DNA of 64,000 nucleotides from Spirochaetota bacterium (GTDB lineage Bacteria > Spirochaetota > UBA4802 > UBA5550). The notes under the pieces were generated by a model. The model searched no databases. It was given only the letters and a program-made list of their open reading frames with translations, and was not told the origin of the DNA. The position numbers and the translations under genes were made by a program. The DNA lies in NCBI GenBank assembly GCA_963664815.2, contig CAXXHB010000003.1, positions 2,144,001 through 2,208,000 on the forward strand, given 5' to 3'. Below are positions 1-10,462 of this stretch, piece by piece. Within the stretch, counting starts at the first letter, position 1. Each line of letters starts with the position of its first letter.

Positions 1-183
1 CCTTATATCTGTTTTTGCGATATCTCCGATACTATATGAAAACGTTTTATCGGTAACTTTATAGGCAAGTATTCCCGTTGAAATGAATATCAGAAGGATG
101 ATAAAGATATAATATGTGCGTATCTTCTTATCTTTAAAAATCCTGAAAAAATTCTGAAACGATATGTTTTTGATATATCTCAT
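1..183 (-). CDS. 5' part of a 7TM-HD (HDIG, PgpH-like) membrane phosphohydrolase, runs off the window edge
   Basis: Manual translation from ATG 183: MRYIKNISFQ...IFIILLIFISTGILAYK...YSIGDIAKTDIR. TM helix plus a GDIAxxDI motif typical of the 7TMR-HD N-terminus; lies directly downstream of phoH as is usual. Confidence 0.7.
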   Translation of the reverse strand, partial: MRYIKNISFQNFFRIFKDKKIRTYYIFIILLIFISTGILAYKVTDKTFSYSIGDIAKTDIR

Positions 184-314
184 ATTGATGCTCTGTGCTT
201 ACACCTTTAATTTGTAAGCGCAGGTATATCTGCGGGAAAATATCAACGGGCTTATGCCCCCTTGACCCTCTGAAAGAATGTGCAATTTTATATTAACTTC
301 CATAATAAACACTA

Positions 315-1274
315 CTAATTATATCCTGCCCTTTCGTAGGCTTCAACTATTTTTTCTACTATAGGGTGTCTTGAAATGTCTTCTCTTGAAAAATTTATAA
401 ATTCTATCCCGCTGATATTTTTCAGTATCTTCTGACTCTGTATCAGGCCTGAAAACTGCGGTTTTGCAAGATCTATCTGGGTAATATCTCCTGAAATTAC
501 AAATTTTGAGTTATTCCCCAGCCTGGTGAGAAACATTTTCATCTGCGACAGTGTAGTATTCTGTGCTTCATCCAGAATAATATAGGCATTATTAAGAGTT
601 CTCCCTCTCATATAGGCAAGCGGGGCAATTTCAATATATCCCTTTTCAATAAGTGAAGTAACGCGTTCAGGAGTTATAAGTTCAAAAAGAGCGTCATAAA
701 GAGGCCTTAAATAGGGATTAATTTTCTGTATAAGATCTCCCGGCAGAAATCCAAGGTTTTCACCAGCTTCAACTGCGGGTCTTGTCAGAACAATCCTCTC
801 TATTTTACCCTTCAGAAAATAGTGAATAGCCATTACAACAGCGAGGTAAGTTTTACCAGTTCCGGCAGGCCCAATGCCGAATGTTACAGGTGAGTTATGA
901 ATGGCATTTAAATATGCCGCCTGGTTAACTGTTCTTGGCACAATGGTTTTACCGGTATCCGGTATGAATATCTTAAGGCGGTTAATCTCTTCAAGCCTGA
1001 ATTTATGGCCGGATTTGATAGTTGAGGTTATATAGCGTATTTCAAAATCATCAAGCTCCTGATTAATATCTTTTTTCATAAGATATTCCGTAAAGGCCTG
1101 AAGCACCTCCAGGCCCATGACGGCATCCGTCTCAGACTGTATAATTACCGTGTTGCCCCTGGGGATCATTGTAACCCCCAGAATCTTTTCAACCTGCAGA
1201 AGATTTTTATCTTTAAAGCCGCACACTCTTTTATACAAAGAAGTGTCATCAACCTCAAAAATTTCGCTGAACAT
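315..1274 (-). CDS. phoH: PhoH-family ATPase
   Basis: GPAGTGKT Walker A, RPAVEAGENLGFLPG, YMRGRT, DEAQN, GDITQIDL, RHPIV motifs. Confidence 0.95.
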   Translation of the reverse strand: MFSEIFEVDDTSLYKRVCGFKDKNLLQVEKILGVTMIPRGNTVIIQSETDAVMGLEVLQAFTEYLMKKDINQELDDFEIRYITSTIKSGHKFRLEEINRLKIFIPDTGKTIVPRTVNQAAYLNAIHNSPVTFGIGPAGTGKTYLAVVMAIHYFLKGKIERIVLTRPAVEAGENLGFLPGDLIQKINPYLRPLYDALFELITPERVTSLIEKGYIEIAPLAYMRGRTLNNAYIILDEAQNTTLSQMKMFLTRLGNNSKFVISGDITQIDLAKPQFSGLIQSQKILKNISGIEFINFSREDISRHPIVEKIVEAYERAGYN

Positions 1275-3049
1275 TATTTCTTAACAACCCTGATTGAAAG
1301 TTCATCAAGCTGTTCATTTGAAACCTGCGAGGGAGCATCGCTCATAAGGCACTGCCCTTTCTGCGTTTTAGGGAAAGCCATCACCTCGCGTATTGAGTTC
1401 CGTTTAAGAAGAAGCATCATGATCCTGTCAAGTCCAAGAGCAAGGCCTCCGTGTGGAGGCGCACCATATTCAAGCGCATCAAGGAGATATGAAAATTTTA
1501 ATCTCGCCTCCTCATCTGACATGTTAAGTATACTGAATATTTTTGACTGCATTGCGGAATTGTGAATTCTTATTGAACCCCCGCCAATTTCAACACCATT
1601 GAGAACAATATCATATGCCTGAGCCTTGATTTTCCCTGCATTTTCAGGTGTAATATTGTCAAGCAGCGCTTCATGCTCCGGCAGGGGTGAAGTGAACATA
1701 TGGTGAACAGCGTAATATCTCTTATCCTCTTCATGGTATTCTATTAGAGGAAAGTTTTTCACCCATAGAAAATTAAGTTTATCATTATCAATCATATCAA
1801 GATCTCTGGCAATTTTCAGTCTCATGCCTGCCAGAGTTGTATTTACAATCTTTTCCCTGTCCACAGAGAAAAATACAATGGCCGGCTCTTTCAGATTGAA
1901 TCTTTCTGCCAGTTTCAGTTTTTCTTCATCTGTTATGAATTTTGATATACCACCTTCAATTTTACCGTCATTGTACCTGAACATGGGGAAACCCTTTGCC
2001 CCGAATTTCCTGACATAGTCAGAATAATCGTCAGTCATCTTTCGTGAAAGTCTGCCGCCATCCTCAACAGCAATTCCTTTAATAACTCCCTTTGATGAAA
2101 GCGCCGAGGCGAACACGTTAAATGTTGAAGCAGCGAATATATCCGAACAGTCCCTTATCTCAAGCCCGAATCTTGTATCCGGAGCGTCTGTCCCGTATTT
2201 ACTTATTGCCTCATCGTATTCCATAACCGGAAACCTGTATGTTATATCCCTTCCGGTAACCTCTTTAACTCCCTGCTTTACAAGATTCTCAACAATCTCC
2301 ATAATCATATCCGGAGTGATAAATGAAAGCTCAATATCAATCTGTGTAAATTCCGGCTGACGGTCATTACGGAGATCTTCATCTCTGAAGCATTTGACTA
2401 TCTGAAAATACCTGTCAAACCCAGAAACCATCAGTATCTGCTTGAAAATCTGCGGGGATTGGGGAAGAGCATAGAACTCGCCCTTATTGATTCTGCTTGG
2501 TACAAGAAAATCTCTTGCACCTTCAGGCGTTGATTTATTTAAAATAGGAGTTTCTATCTCTATAAAACGGCGTTCAGTAAGATAATTTCTGACAAACTGC
2601 ATAAGCCTGTGCCTTTTAATCATGGCTTCCTTCATATCTTCCCTGCGAAGATCAAGGAATCTGTATTTAAGACGAACCTCTTCATTTATTGAATCCCTTA
2701 TATCAAGTGAAAATGGCGGAACCAGGGATTTGTTTAGTATTTCAATACTGTCTGCAGCTATTTCAATCATACCTGTTGGAATGTTAGGATTAATTGTCTC
2801 TTCTGATCTTTTCCTGACTTTACCTTTAATATTAACAACCCACTCACTTCTTACGCTGTCTGCTGTTGCAGCACTGCTGTTGGATATTGATGAATCAAAT
2901 ACAGCCTGTATTACCCCCGATACATCACGGATTTCAAGGAATATAATACCCCCCAGGTCTCTTTTCCTGTCAACCCAGCCTGATATTGATACTTCACTGC
3001 CGGTATTTTCAATTGTCAGTTCACCGCAGTATGATCTGTCTTTAAACAT
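1274..3049 (-). CDS. aspS: Aspartate--tRNA ligase
   Basis: OB-fold start, STPEGARDF, FRDEDLRNDRQPEFTQ, PPHGGLALGLDR. Start moved to ATG 3049, which follows an AGAGGAG RBS. Confidence 0.97.
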   Translation of the reverse strand: MFKDRSYCGELTIENTGSEVSISGWVDRKRDLGGIIFLEIRDVSGVIQAVFDSSISNSSAATADSVRSEWVVNIKGKVRKRSEETINPNIPTGMIEIAADSIEILNKSLVPPFSLDIRDSINEEVRLKYRFLDLRREDMKEAMIKRHRLMQFVRNYLTERRFIEIETPILNKSTPEGARDFLVPSRINKGEFYALPQSPQIFKQILMVSGFDRYFQIVKCFRDEDLRNDRQPEFTQIDIELSFITPDMIMEIVENLVKQGVKEVTGRDITYRFPVMEYDEAISKYGTDAPDTRFGLEIRDCSDIFAASTFNVFASALSSKGVIKGIAVEDGGRLSRKMTDDYSDYVRKFGAKGFPMFRYNDGKIEGGISKFITDEEKLKLAERFNLKEPAIVFFSVDREKIVNTTLAGMRLKIARDLDMIDNDKLNFLWVKNFPLIEYHEEDKRYYAVHHMFTSPLPEHEALLDNITPENAGKIKAQAYDIVLNGVEIGGGSIRIHNSAMQSKIFSILNMSDEEARLKFSYLLDALEYGAPPHGGLALGLDRIMMLLLKRNSIREVMAFPKTQKGQCLMSDAPSQVSNEQLDELSIRVVKK

Positions 3050-3428
3050 GGTTCTCCTCTGAAAACTTATAATATATTTATTCCATATCAGCGTACGCTC
3101 AGCGTGTGCCATGAAAGGTAGTGCGGAATCTGCATCTATCATTTCTGCAATATAAAGCGTTGCATTATGAATATGAATAATTTTTTCAGGGAGCTATTTG
3201 TCAAGTCTAAAAAATGGATGTATATAAATACATACAATGTAATGACAATTGCTGAATGTTTTGTAAAATATGATTATTTTACCGGATTGATTTATATGTT
3301 TTGGAAGCGATACAGTTTTTATGAATTGTATATCAGAATTAAATTAATTCATAAATGACATACAATTCATAAAAGTTTAAGCCGGTTTGCAGAAGTTGAC
3401 CCGCAGGTATCAATCCCGGACAGCATGA

Positions 3429-3845
3429 TTATTTAAGCAGTGGCTTTGTTTCTTTCCCGGCATCTGCAAATCTTCTGTTCATATCCTCTCCGAGGGCAAT
3501 AAGTCCGCTGAGCGGTCTTATGAATACTTCAAAATTTATTATCTGGCCATTATCATCAAACTCTATAAGGTCAATCCCTTTTACAGATTTACCGTTTACC
3601 ACGGCGCTGAATTCAAGTGACCAGCTGTTGCCATTATAAAATTCTCTGTGGTATTTAAACTGAGTGAGAACTTCAATTACATTGCTGAGAACAAAAAAGG
3701 CTTCATCCTTTGTAGACTTGGGTTTAAAAACAACAGGGGAATAGAAAGTTATTTTATCTGATATTAATTCATTAAGTATTTTCAGATCCTTCTCAAAAAC
3801 TACTTTATGCCATTTTTCCAGAAGCGCCTTATTCTTTTGATCCAT
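3429..3845 (-). CDS. NTF2/SnoaL-like family protein
   Basis: FYSPVVFKP, F.YHRE, LEFSA, KGIDLIEFDDNGQI..FEVFIRPLSGL. GGAGG RBS before ATG 3845. Confidence 0.8.
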   Translation of the reverse strand: MDQKNKALLEKWHKVVFEKDLKILNELISDKITFYSPVVFKPKSTKDEAFFVLSNVIEVLTQFKYHREFYNGNSWSLEFSAVVNGKSVKGIDLIEFDDNGQIINFEVFIRPLSGLIALGEDMNRRFADAGKETKPLLK

Positions 3846-3927
3846 TTTTTTCCTCCATTCTTTTTTTTCAGCTAACAAAATACAGTTTTTCTGTCAATTA
3901 TTATTATCTACACCATATTATATTTAT

Positions 3928-3949
3928 TGAATGAATGCTCATTTATTCA
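3928..3949. promoter_or_regulatory. Near-perfect palindrome TGAATGAATG-CT-CATTTATTCA, candidate TetR-family operator
   Basis: 10-bp arms with 1 mismatch, about 80 bp upstream of the SnoaL-like gene. Confidence 0.45.
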
Positions 3950-4131
3950 GAGTTGAATAATTTCAATTTTAACGGAAGTACCGGCAGCCATTAATCATAA
4001 CATCAGAATAAACATGAATTTTCAATGAGTTCATTGCCCGGAAATTTTATAAAATTTAAAGTTCAAATTCAGATATGACATTTGTCCGCCTGAACGCCCT
4101 ATCTGTATTTCACCATTTAACTGTCCGGTCA

Positions 4132-5451
4132 TCAATCATCCCTGAGACGTTTTCTCTCTTTTTCCATGGCTATTGAATCAAGTGCAAAAGATATATCCTC
4201 ACCAATTTCCTTTAATAATTTCAATTCTTCATCAGTAAAAAACCCGGATTCTGAAGCATACAGATTCAAAGTACCTGCAGGCTTGCCGTTCAGGTTGAAA
4301 GGAACTGCTGCAGATGAATGATAGCCTCTGCTTATTGCCTCATCTCTCCACGGGAGCATACGTGGTTCAGTTTCAATATCATGCGCTATTATAATTCTTC
4401 CTTCTTTTAGTGCAGAACCAGTAGGTCCCTGTCCCGTCAGTTGATTTCCTTTAGTTATGTTTATTCTGTCAAGATACCCGTCTTCAAAACCGGCCCGGGC
4501 TACCGGTTTTATTCTTTCATCATTATCATCGATTAATCCAATCCAGGCCATGCGGAATTTGCCGTAATCAATTGCCACCTGACAGATTTTAACGAAAAGT
4601 TCATCCTGTTCCTTTGCTTTTATAATCACCTGGTTTATCTGGCTCAACGTTGCGTATAAACGTGCCAGGTAACTCAGCTTTTTTTCTGAAAGTCTGCGTT
4701 CCGTGATATCATGATAACAAAGAAGAACACCGTTTATAACAGGATCATCTGTAAGATTTATTGCAGTAAGCTCAATCAGTTTGTACGTGCCATCTTTGCA
4801 TTTATATCTGAATTCAATAATCCTGGGTGAATTGCCATTATTAATAATCGAATAAAATTCATTTTTCAGCCGGTCTGTCTCTTCCGGATGGACTGTAAGT
4901 AAACCGCTGTTTCCAACCAGATCTTCAGGAAGCCATCCGAACCATCTTGCGATATTGGGACTTTTATATCTGATAATTCCATCAGAATCTATTATACCGA
5001 TAACATCAGATATATTTGATATCATCGCTTTCTGCTTTTCTTCACTCGCTATTATCTGTTTGTTGGCATCGAAAAGTTTGAATGCCATTTTGATTGATGC
5101 ATCAAGAACTGTAATTCCTGAATTCTTCACCACATACCCGTAAGATGTTATCTTTTCCGTTCTGGCAACTACTTCCGGTTCTGTATGACTTGATAAAAAT
5201 ACTACCGGTACAATCCGTTCTTTAAGTAAACACACTGCCGTCTCAGTGCCGTCAATATCACTTCCAAGATCTATATCCATCAATACCAGATCAATTCTGT
5301 CATCATTTTTAAATATTTCAATTGCTCTATCCCCGGAATTTGCAATTATGACATTATATCCATACTTCTCAAGTGATTTTTTACCAGCTATCGCTATAAT
5401 TGCCTCATCTTCAACCAGAAGAATTGTTTTCCCGTAATCATTTTTCATCAT
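4132..5451 (-). CDS. REC-PAS-GAF signalling protein with no output domain (probably an internally deleted sensor kinase)
   Basis: ILLVEDE...DLVLMDID receiver, PAS (HPEE, YHDITER), GAF (PWRDEAISRGYHSSAAVP). Kinase-tail remnant just after the stop. Confidence 0.8.
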   Translation of the reverse strand: MMKNDYGKTILLVEDEAIIAIAGKKSLEKYGYNVIIANSGDRAIEIFKNDDRIDLVLMDIDLGSDIDGTETAVCLLKERIVPVVFLSSHTEPEVVARTEKITSYGYVVKNSGITVLDASIKMAFKLFDANKQIIASEEKQKAMISNISDVIGIIDSDGIIRYKSPNIARWFGWLPEDLVGNSGLLTVHPEETDRLKNEFYSIINNGNSPRIIEFRYKCKDGTYKLIELTAINLTDDPVINGVLLCYHDITERRLSEKKLSYLARLYATLSQINQVIIKAKEQDELFVKICQVAIDYGKFRMAWIGLIDDNDERIKPVARAGFEDGYLDRINITKGNQLTGQGPTGSALKEGRIIIAHDIETEPRMLPWRDEAISRGYHSSAAVPFNLNGKPAGTLNLYASESGFFTDEELKLLKEIGEDISFALDSIAMEKERKRLRDD

Positions 5452-5860
5452 TATTTTTATCCGTAAAAACATCCTGTTACATTCCTGCAGGCAGCCATCG
5501 TGGCTGTACTGCCGGAATTTCATAATACTTGTTCCATGAGATTCACCCCCTTTCGCGGGAATGACAATGAGCGTACTGATTAAATTGTTAACTGCTATAA
5601 TTTACAGGTATGAGGATAATTATAAAAAAATTCTGTAAAACAGACAGTTTTGATGATAATATAATCAATAAAAAATTATGTTCAATTTTTTCTATAATTG
5701 AATCATTGTTAATTTCCCGTGATTTATGATATATTATAAACATCATGAATCATTTTTAGAGTAATAAAAATTTTTTATTACTCTAAAAATGATTCCGTTG
5801 ACAAATAAAATCTTTTCTTTTAGAAATCTTTTTAAATTAAAAAAATTCATGGAGGATTTA

Positions 5861-6073
5861 ATGAATATCAACAAAGCAGTGGATAAAAGCTATGAAGACA
5901 AAAGCTTTAAAGTTCTTGCTGACTCACCAGTAGCAGCACTTCAGGGGGTAAGTGAAGGTGATGCAAAACTTCTGATGGATGCATTTAATGTAAAAACAAT
6001 AAGAGATCTGGCAAACCTTAAGTATGTTAAATGGGCACAGGCCATCGTAACCCTGGCAGACACAGAAGTATAA
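5861..6073 (+). CDS. Small hypothetical protein with an HhH-like ALQGVSE motif
   Basis: GGAGG RBS at 5851 and TTGACA-17-TAGAAA upstream support ATG 5861; 70 aa. Confidence 0.75.
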   Translation: MNINKAVDKSYEDKSFKVLADSPVAALQGVSEGDAKLLMDAFNVKTIRDLANLKYVKWAQAIVTLADTEV

Positions 6074-6180
6074 TTTTCTTTTTAAATTAAAATGTTTTAA
6101 TCTCCATCAGGTTCGATATAAGAGATTAAAACATTTTTTACCAAAGACAATCATGTATAAGAATTTTCCTGATGTTTTGT

Positions 6181-6594
6181 TTATGGCCTGAGAAAAATAA
6201 AAACAGGTGACTGGATATTTCTTAAAACTGCAAATATTAAAACAATTGAGATGAAAAAGGCAATAACTTTATTATCATATTTTTTTATATTTAATATACT
6301 TTCAGATGTTATAATACGCACAATGCACCATATTGCAGAAAGCGGCACAGCTGTGACTAAAAGAAGATTGTAATGTATAGCTCTGCTGATATCTCCCCTC
6401 AGAATTGAATACAACCCCCTGCTTATACCGCATCCGGGGCAGTATAAACCGGTTATTTTATTGAAAATGCAGCCTGTATGGACAGATGTAAACTTCGGAA
6501 TTACAAAAAGAGTCAGTATTCCTGCAGCAACCAGCATTATGTTGGCGAAATATCCATTATATAATTTACCGGAAATATATTTATACAAGAGCAA
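6181..6594 (-). CDS. DUF2752-like membrane protein
   Basis: [19 protein letters not shown] and A..YN motifs; adjacent to a TM2 gene as is common. Confidence 0.85.
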   Translation of the reverse strand: MLLYKYISGKLYNGYFANIMLVAAGILTLFVIPKFTSVHTGCIFNKITGLYCPGCGISRGLYSILRGDISRAIHYNLLLVTAVPLSAIWCIVRIITSESILNIKKYDNKVIAFFISIVLIFAVLRNIQSPVFIFLRP

Positions 6595-6904
6595 TTCCGT
6601 CAGAGCCGTTAAGTTTTCTTGTAGCGATAAGAATTATGTCAACAAGCCACCATATCCCGCACCCTCCGAATGTAAACAGCTTAAGCAATCCCAGGCCGAT
6701 ATAACCGAGATAAAACCTGTCGACACCAAGCTGACCGAAGAATATTGAGAGTATAAGCGCAATGATCAGTTCCCTTCCGGGGGCCGGCTGGCCTGAATTC
6801 GTCCCGGCGATCACATTTTCGTTAGTGGAGGCAAGCAGAGTACCGCAGCTCTGGCAGTATTTTGCATCCTGAATATATTCTTTTCCGCATTTATGACAGT
6901 ACAT
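6581..6904 (-). CDS. Zinc-ribbon + TM2 domain protein
   Basis: MYCHKCG...YCQSCG; [31 protein letters not shown]. Confidence 0.9.
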   Translation of the reverse strand: MYCHKCGKEYIQDAKYCQSCGTLLASTNENVIAGTNSGQPAPGRELIIALILSIFFGQLGVDRFYLGYIGLGLLKLFTFGGCGIWWLVDIILIATRKLNGSDGIALV

Positions 6905-7014
6905 TTTTTTACTCCGGATAAAATCAGATTTAAATACACTTTATATATATGAACAACAGGGATTATAATCAATTAAATTATTCCGATAATAATTCCAAAG
7001 CTTTTTATAACAGA

Positions 7015-7065
7015 AAACGATTAAATCTCACCGCCGCCAAAGGCGGCGGTGAGATTTAATCGTTT
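7015..7065. terminator. Perfect 24-bp inverted repeat with 3-nt loop, likely terminator of the acyl-CoA synthetase gene
   Basis: AAACGATTAAATCTCACCGCCGCC-AAA-GGCGGCGGTGAGATTTAATCGTTT, 40 bp after the stop at 7105. Confidence 0.7.
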
Positions 7066-7104
7066 ATTTTACACTAAAAACATATTAATAAACTAACGTT
7101 TAAA

Positions 7105-9042
7105 TTATTCATACATTTTTGCAATCTCATCAGCATATTTTTCAATAATCTCTTTCTTCTTTACCTTGTGAGATGGTGTCAGCAGACCATTCTTCTCGGT
7201 GAATCTTTCCGGAAGTATTGTATACTGCTTAATCTTTTCATAACTCTCAAGTTCAATATTTGCTTTATCAACTTCATTGCTTATAAGCTCCTGCAATGTA
7301 TAATGAACTATAAAATCATTTCCTACTTTTGTACATGTCCTGAATCCGCCATAATCATCCCACTGAAGCTGGTCTTTTTTATATTTAACATTCTCTTTAT
7401 CGAACAGATTTATAAAGTAGTTAAAGTCAGGTACAATAAGAGCGGTAATATAACTCCTGTCATCACCTACAATCAGAATCTGATCTATATAACTGCTGTT
7501 TGAAAAAAGATCAACAATTTTGAAAGGAGAGATATTTTTACCTGAATCTGTACAGATAATCGATTTTTTCCTGTCGAGAATCATATAATATCCATCATGA
7601 TCGACTGTAACAATATCTCCGGTCTTAAACCATCCGTCAGAAGTAAAAAGCTCTGTAGTCCATTCAGGTTTTTTAAGATATTCACGGAAAACTCCGGCTC
7701 CCGTTATCTCAAGTTCACCATCATCGGAAACCCGGCTCTGCCCGCCGCATGCATTTATCCCGATGTAACCGGGCTTACAGGCTGTTATCGGGTTCATGAT
7801 ACAGGCATTAAAACTTTCGGTAAGACCATACCCTTCTACTATTGGAACACCTATTGCATAATAAAATTTAAGAAGATCCGGTGAAATTGATGCGGTCGAA
7901 GAGAATGAGTACCTGAAATGATTACCGAAAAGCGCCCTTATCTTAATAAGAATTTTATCCGCAATCTTATATTTGAACTTAAGAAAAAATCCGAGTTTAG
8001 CCATAATATCATAATTACTATGCATATTATAGCATCCCTTTTCATCTTTCCTGCATTCGAGAACTTCATAACCTACATTCAGCGCCCATGAAATTATTAC
8101 CTTCCTGAATGAATTCTGCTTCATAATATATTGTAACTGAAGATAAATTTTTTCGTATAGTCTCGGTACGCAGTTTATCCATGTGGGATTATATTTCCGT
8201 ATGTCGTTAAGCAGAGTACCCGGTTTATCTGCATATGCAATTGTTGCAGAATGATAAATCGCTAAAAGTTCACCCGATCCTCTTTCAAAAATATGTGCGA
8301 ATGGAAGGAAGCAGAGTGCCAGATCATCTTCTGTTATATCCATTCCATATCTTGAAAGAAATTCATCTGCACCTGCAATTCTTGAACTACAGTTAAAGTG
8401 GGTTAATATCACACCTTTAGCCGGTCCTGTTGTACCTGATGTATATATTATAGTGTACCAGTCATCCGGCGTTACAGAATCTTTAATTTCCAGATACTTA
8501 CTGTAATTTCCCTGTTTCCATGAATTACCCGAATCGATAAGTTCCTGAAGCCCGATTACCCTTTTATCGCTGCTTTTGTAATTCATATCCAGTACTATTA
8601 CTTTTTCAAGCCTTGGAATATCATTATATGAATTCATTATTTTATCGAGTATGTCTTCATTCCCTGCAAAGATAATTTTGCTTTCAGAATCTTTCATTAT
8701 GTAGATTATTTCTTTTGCGTGAAGTGTCGGAAAAATAGTAACGCTTACTCCCCCTGTACATGCAAGTGCCATATCGGCATGAGTCCAGTATGGTGTACTT
8801 TCTGACATAATTGCAGCACGGTCTTTTTTATTAAACCCAAGAGATAATAAACCGCAGCAGATAGATTCAACCCTTTCAAGCATCTCAGACCAGGTAAAAC
8901 TTCCTTTGCCATCTCCGGGATAAAGTTTTCCATTAAAAATCTGCGCATTTTTTTGCGGGAACCTGCTGCATGAATTGTAAAAATGCCATGGTACCGGTTT
9001 AATCTCCTCTTTTTCCCAGCGCCACTGTTCTATTACGGCCAT
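7105..9042 (-). CDS. Long-chain acyl-CoA synthetase (AMP-binding, FadD15-like)
   Basis: YTSGTTGPAKG, EGYGLTE, WFKTGD, GKNISP. GGAG RBS before ATG 9042. Confidence 0.9.
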   Translation of the reverse strand: MAVIEQWRWEKEEIKPVPWHFYNSCSRFPQKNAQIFNGKLYPGDGKGSFTWSEMLERVESICCGLLSLGFNKKDRAAIMSESTPYWTHADMALACTGGVSVTIFPTLHAKEIIYIMKDSESKIIFAGNEDILDKIMNSYNDIPRLEKVIVLDMNYKSSDKRVIGLQELIDSGNSWKQGNYSKYLEIKDSVTPDDWYTIIYTSGTTGPAKGVILTHFNCSSRIAGADEFLSRYGMDITEDDLALCFLPFAHIFERGSGELLAIYHSATIAYADKPGTLLNDIRKYNPTWINCVPRLYEKIYLQLQYIMKQNSFRKVIISWALNVGYEVLECRKDEKGCYNMHSNYDIMAKLGFFLKFKYKIADKILIKIRALFGNHFRYSFSSTASISPDLLKFYYAIGVPIVEGYGLTESFNACIMNPITACKPGYIGINACGGQSRVSDDGELEITGAGVFREYLKKPEWTTELFTSDGWFKTGDIVTVDHDGYYMILDRKKSIICTDSGKNISPFKIVDLFSNSSYIDQILIVGDDRSYITALIVPDFNYFINLFDKENVKYKKDQLQWDDYGGFRTCTKVGNDFIVHYTLQELISNEVDKANIELESYEKIKQYTILPERFTEKNGLLTPSHKVKKKEIIEKYADEIAKMYE

Positions 9043-9272
9043 AATCAATCTCCATTTTACAAAATTCAATAATTTAAAAACAGCTTTTACAATTCAATTA
9101 ATATTTAATTATAAAATGTCATAATTAAAAAAATGTCAATTATATAAAATATACTCAATCAATATGCATCAAATTATGTTCAGGGTTTTTATGCATAAAT
9201 AAAAAAATTGTTTGTATTTTTTAAAAATCTGTATATTAGTCACGGAAATAAAAAACAATACAGGTAATAACC

Positions 9273-10121
9273 ATGATTATAAAAACTCTTAACGAGAAAA
9301 ATCTGCTACTTCAGAACGACGGTAATCTTGATCTGTTTTTTATAGGTACCGGAAGCGCTTTTACAAAACGACAATATCAGACCAATCTTCTTATTATTAA
9401 AGGGAAAGATCATCTTCTTATTGACTGCGGCACAAAATGTCCTCAGGCAATCTCCGAACTTGGAATACCTGTTACTGAAATAAGAAATTTTCTTATCACA
9501 CATTCTCATGCAGATCATATAGGGGGACTTGAAGAAATATCATTATTGGGACGATATTCCACTAAAAAAAAGCCTGTAATGATTATTAATGAAACTTATC
9601 AGCATATATTATGGGATATGTCGCTTCGTGGAGGTTGCGAGTATAATGAAGAGGAAGCGGGTGATATGCTGACATTTAAAGATTTCTGGGACGTTATAAG
9701 ACCTCAGTGGCTCCCGGATTACAACAGAGAGACCTTTGGATTAAAAGTAGGAAATATAGATATAAAAATAATGCGTACAAAGCATATACCTGATTCTTCA
9801 TATGACTGGCAGAGTTCATTCTGGAGTTGCGGTGTTATTATTGATGACAGAATCTTTTTTACAAGTGATACAAGGTATGATTATGATCTGGTTGATTTTT
9901 ATGAAAATAAATTTAATTTTGAGGCAATATTCCACGATTGCCAGTTTTTTACAGGCGGCGTTCATGCTTCTCTTGATGAAATAAGTAATTTTTCACCTGC
10001 AGTAAAGTCCAAAATGTATCTTACTCATTATGGTGACAACTGGGAGGAATTTGACGACAGAATAAAAAAATCAGGTTTTGCAGGACGCGCAATACAACAG
10101 CAGTTTTATTCATTTGATTAA
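9273..10121 (+). CDS. MBL-fold metallo-hydrolase (RNase Z/phosphodiesterase-like)
   Basis: GTGSAF, LIDCG, THSHADHIGG, FTSD, HDCQ, VHAS, THYGD. Confidence 0.85.
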   Translation: MIIKTLNEKNLLLQNDGNLDLFFIGTGSAFTKRQYQTNLLIIKGKDHLLIDCGTKCPQAISELGIPVTEIRNFLITHSHADHIGGLEEISLLGRYSTKKKPVMIINETYQHILWDMSLRGGCEYNEEEAGDMLTFKDFWDVIRPQWLPDYNRETFGLKVGNIDIKIMRTKHIPDSSYDWQSSFWSCGVIIDDRIFFTSDTRYDYDLVDFYENKFNFEAIFHDCQFFTGGVHASLDEISNFSPAVKSKMYLTHYGDNWEEFDDRIKKSGFAGRAIQQQFYSFD

Positions 10122-10134
10122 TATTTAGATAAAA

Positions 10135-10157
10135 AACGGGGTAAAATTTACCCCGTT
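10135..10157. terminator. Bidirectional terminator hairpin between convergent genes
   Basis: AACGGGGTAAA-A-TTTACCCCGTT preceded by an A-run. Confidence 0.7.
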
Positions 10158-10179
10158 CAAAGACTGGTTCATTTTAAAA

Positions 10180-10380
10180 TTATATCACTTGAACAGAAAC
10201 TGCCCGTTGACCCTTGTCGGAATCTTCAACCTGAAAATTTACCTTATCACCCTCTCTGAGACTTTTAAATCCCTCACCCGCAACACCTGTGTAATGGACA
10301 AAAATATCTCCGCCATCATCTTTTGAAATGAAACCAAATCCTTTCTTCTCGTTAAACCATTTTACTACACCACTGGGCAT
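10180..10380 (-). CDS. Cold-shock domain protein (66 aa)
   Basis: [36 protein letters not shown] before ATG 10380. Confidence 0.95.
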   Translation of the reverse strand: MPSGVVKWFNEKKGFGFISKDDGGDIFVHYTGVAGEGFKSLREGDKVNFQVEDSDKGQRAVSVQVI

Positions 10381-10462
10381 ACAAAACTCCTTAAAAAAAA
10401 TTTCATTAAAAATAATTTCAACAAACCATAAACTGACTGCTGAAAAAATTAACGGCTTGCTC

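Noticed and set aside
3050-3210. T-box leader upstream of aspS
   Set aside because: No T-box consensus or terminator/antiterminator found; the 31-codon N-terminal extension in the ORF track is also unsupported given the RBS at 3049
3317-3374. 15-bp inverted repeat TTTTATGAATTGTAT / ATACAATTCATAAAA
   Set aside because: Real but very AT-rich; most simply a weak terminator after the SnoaL-like gene
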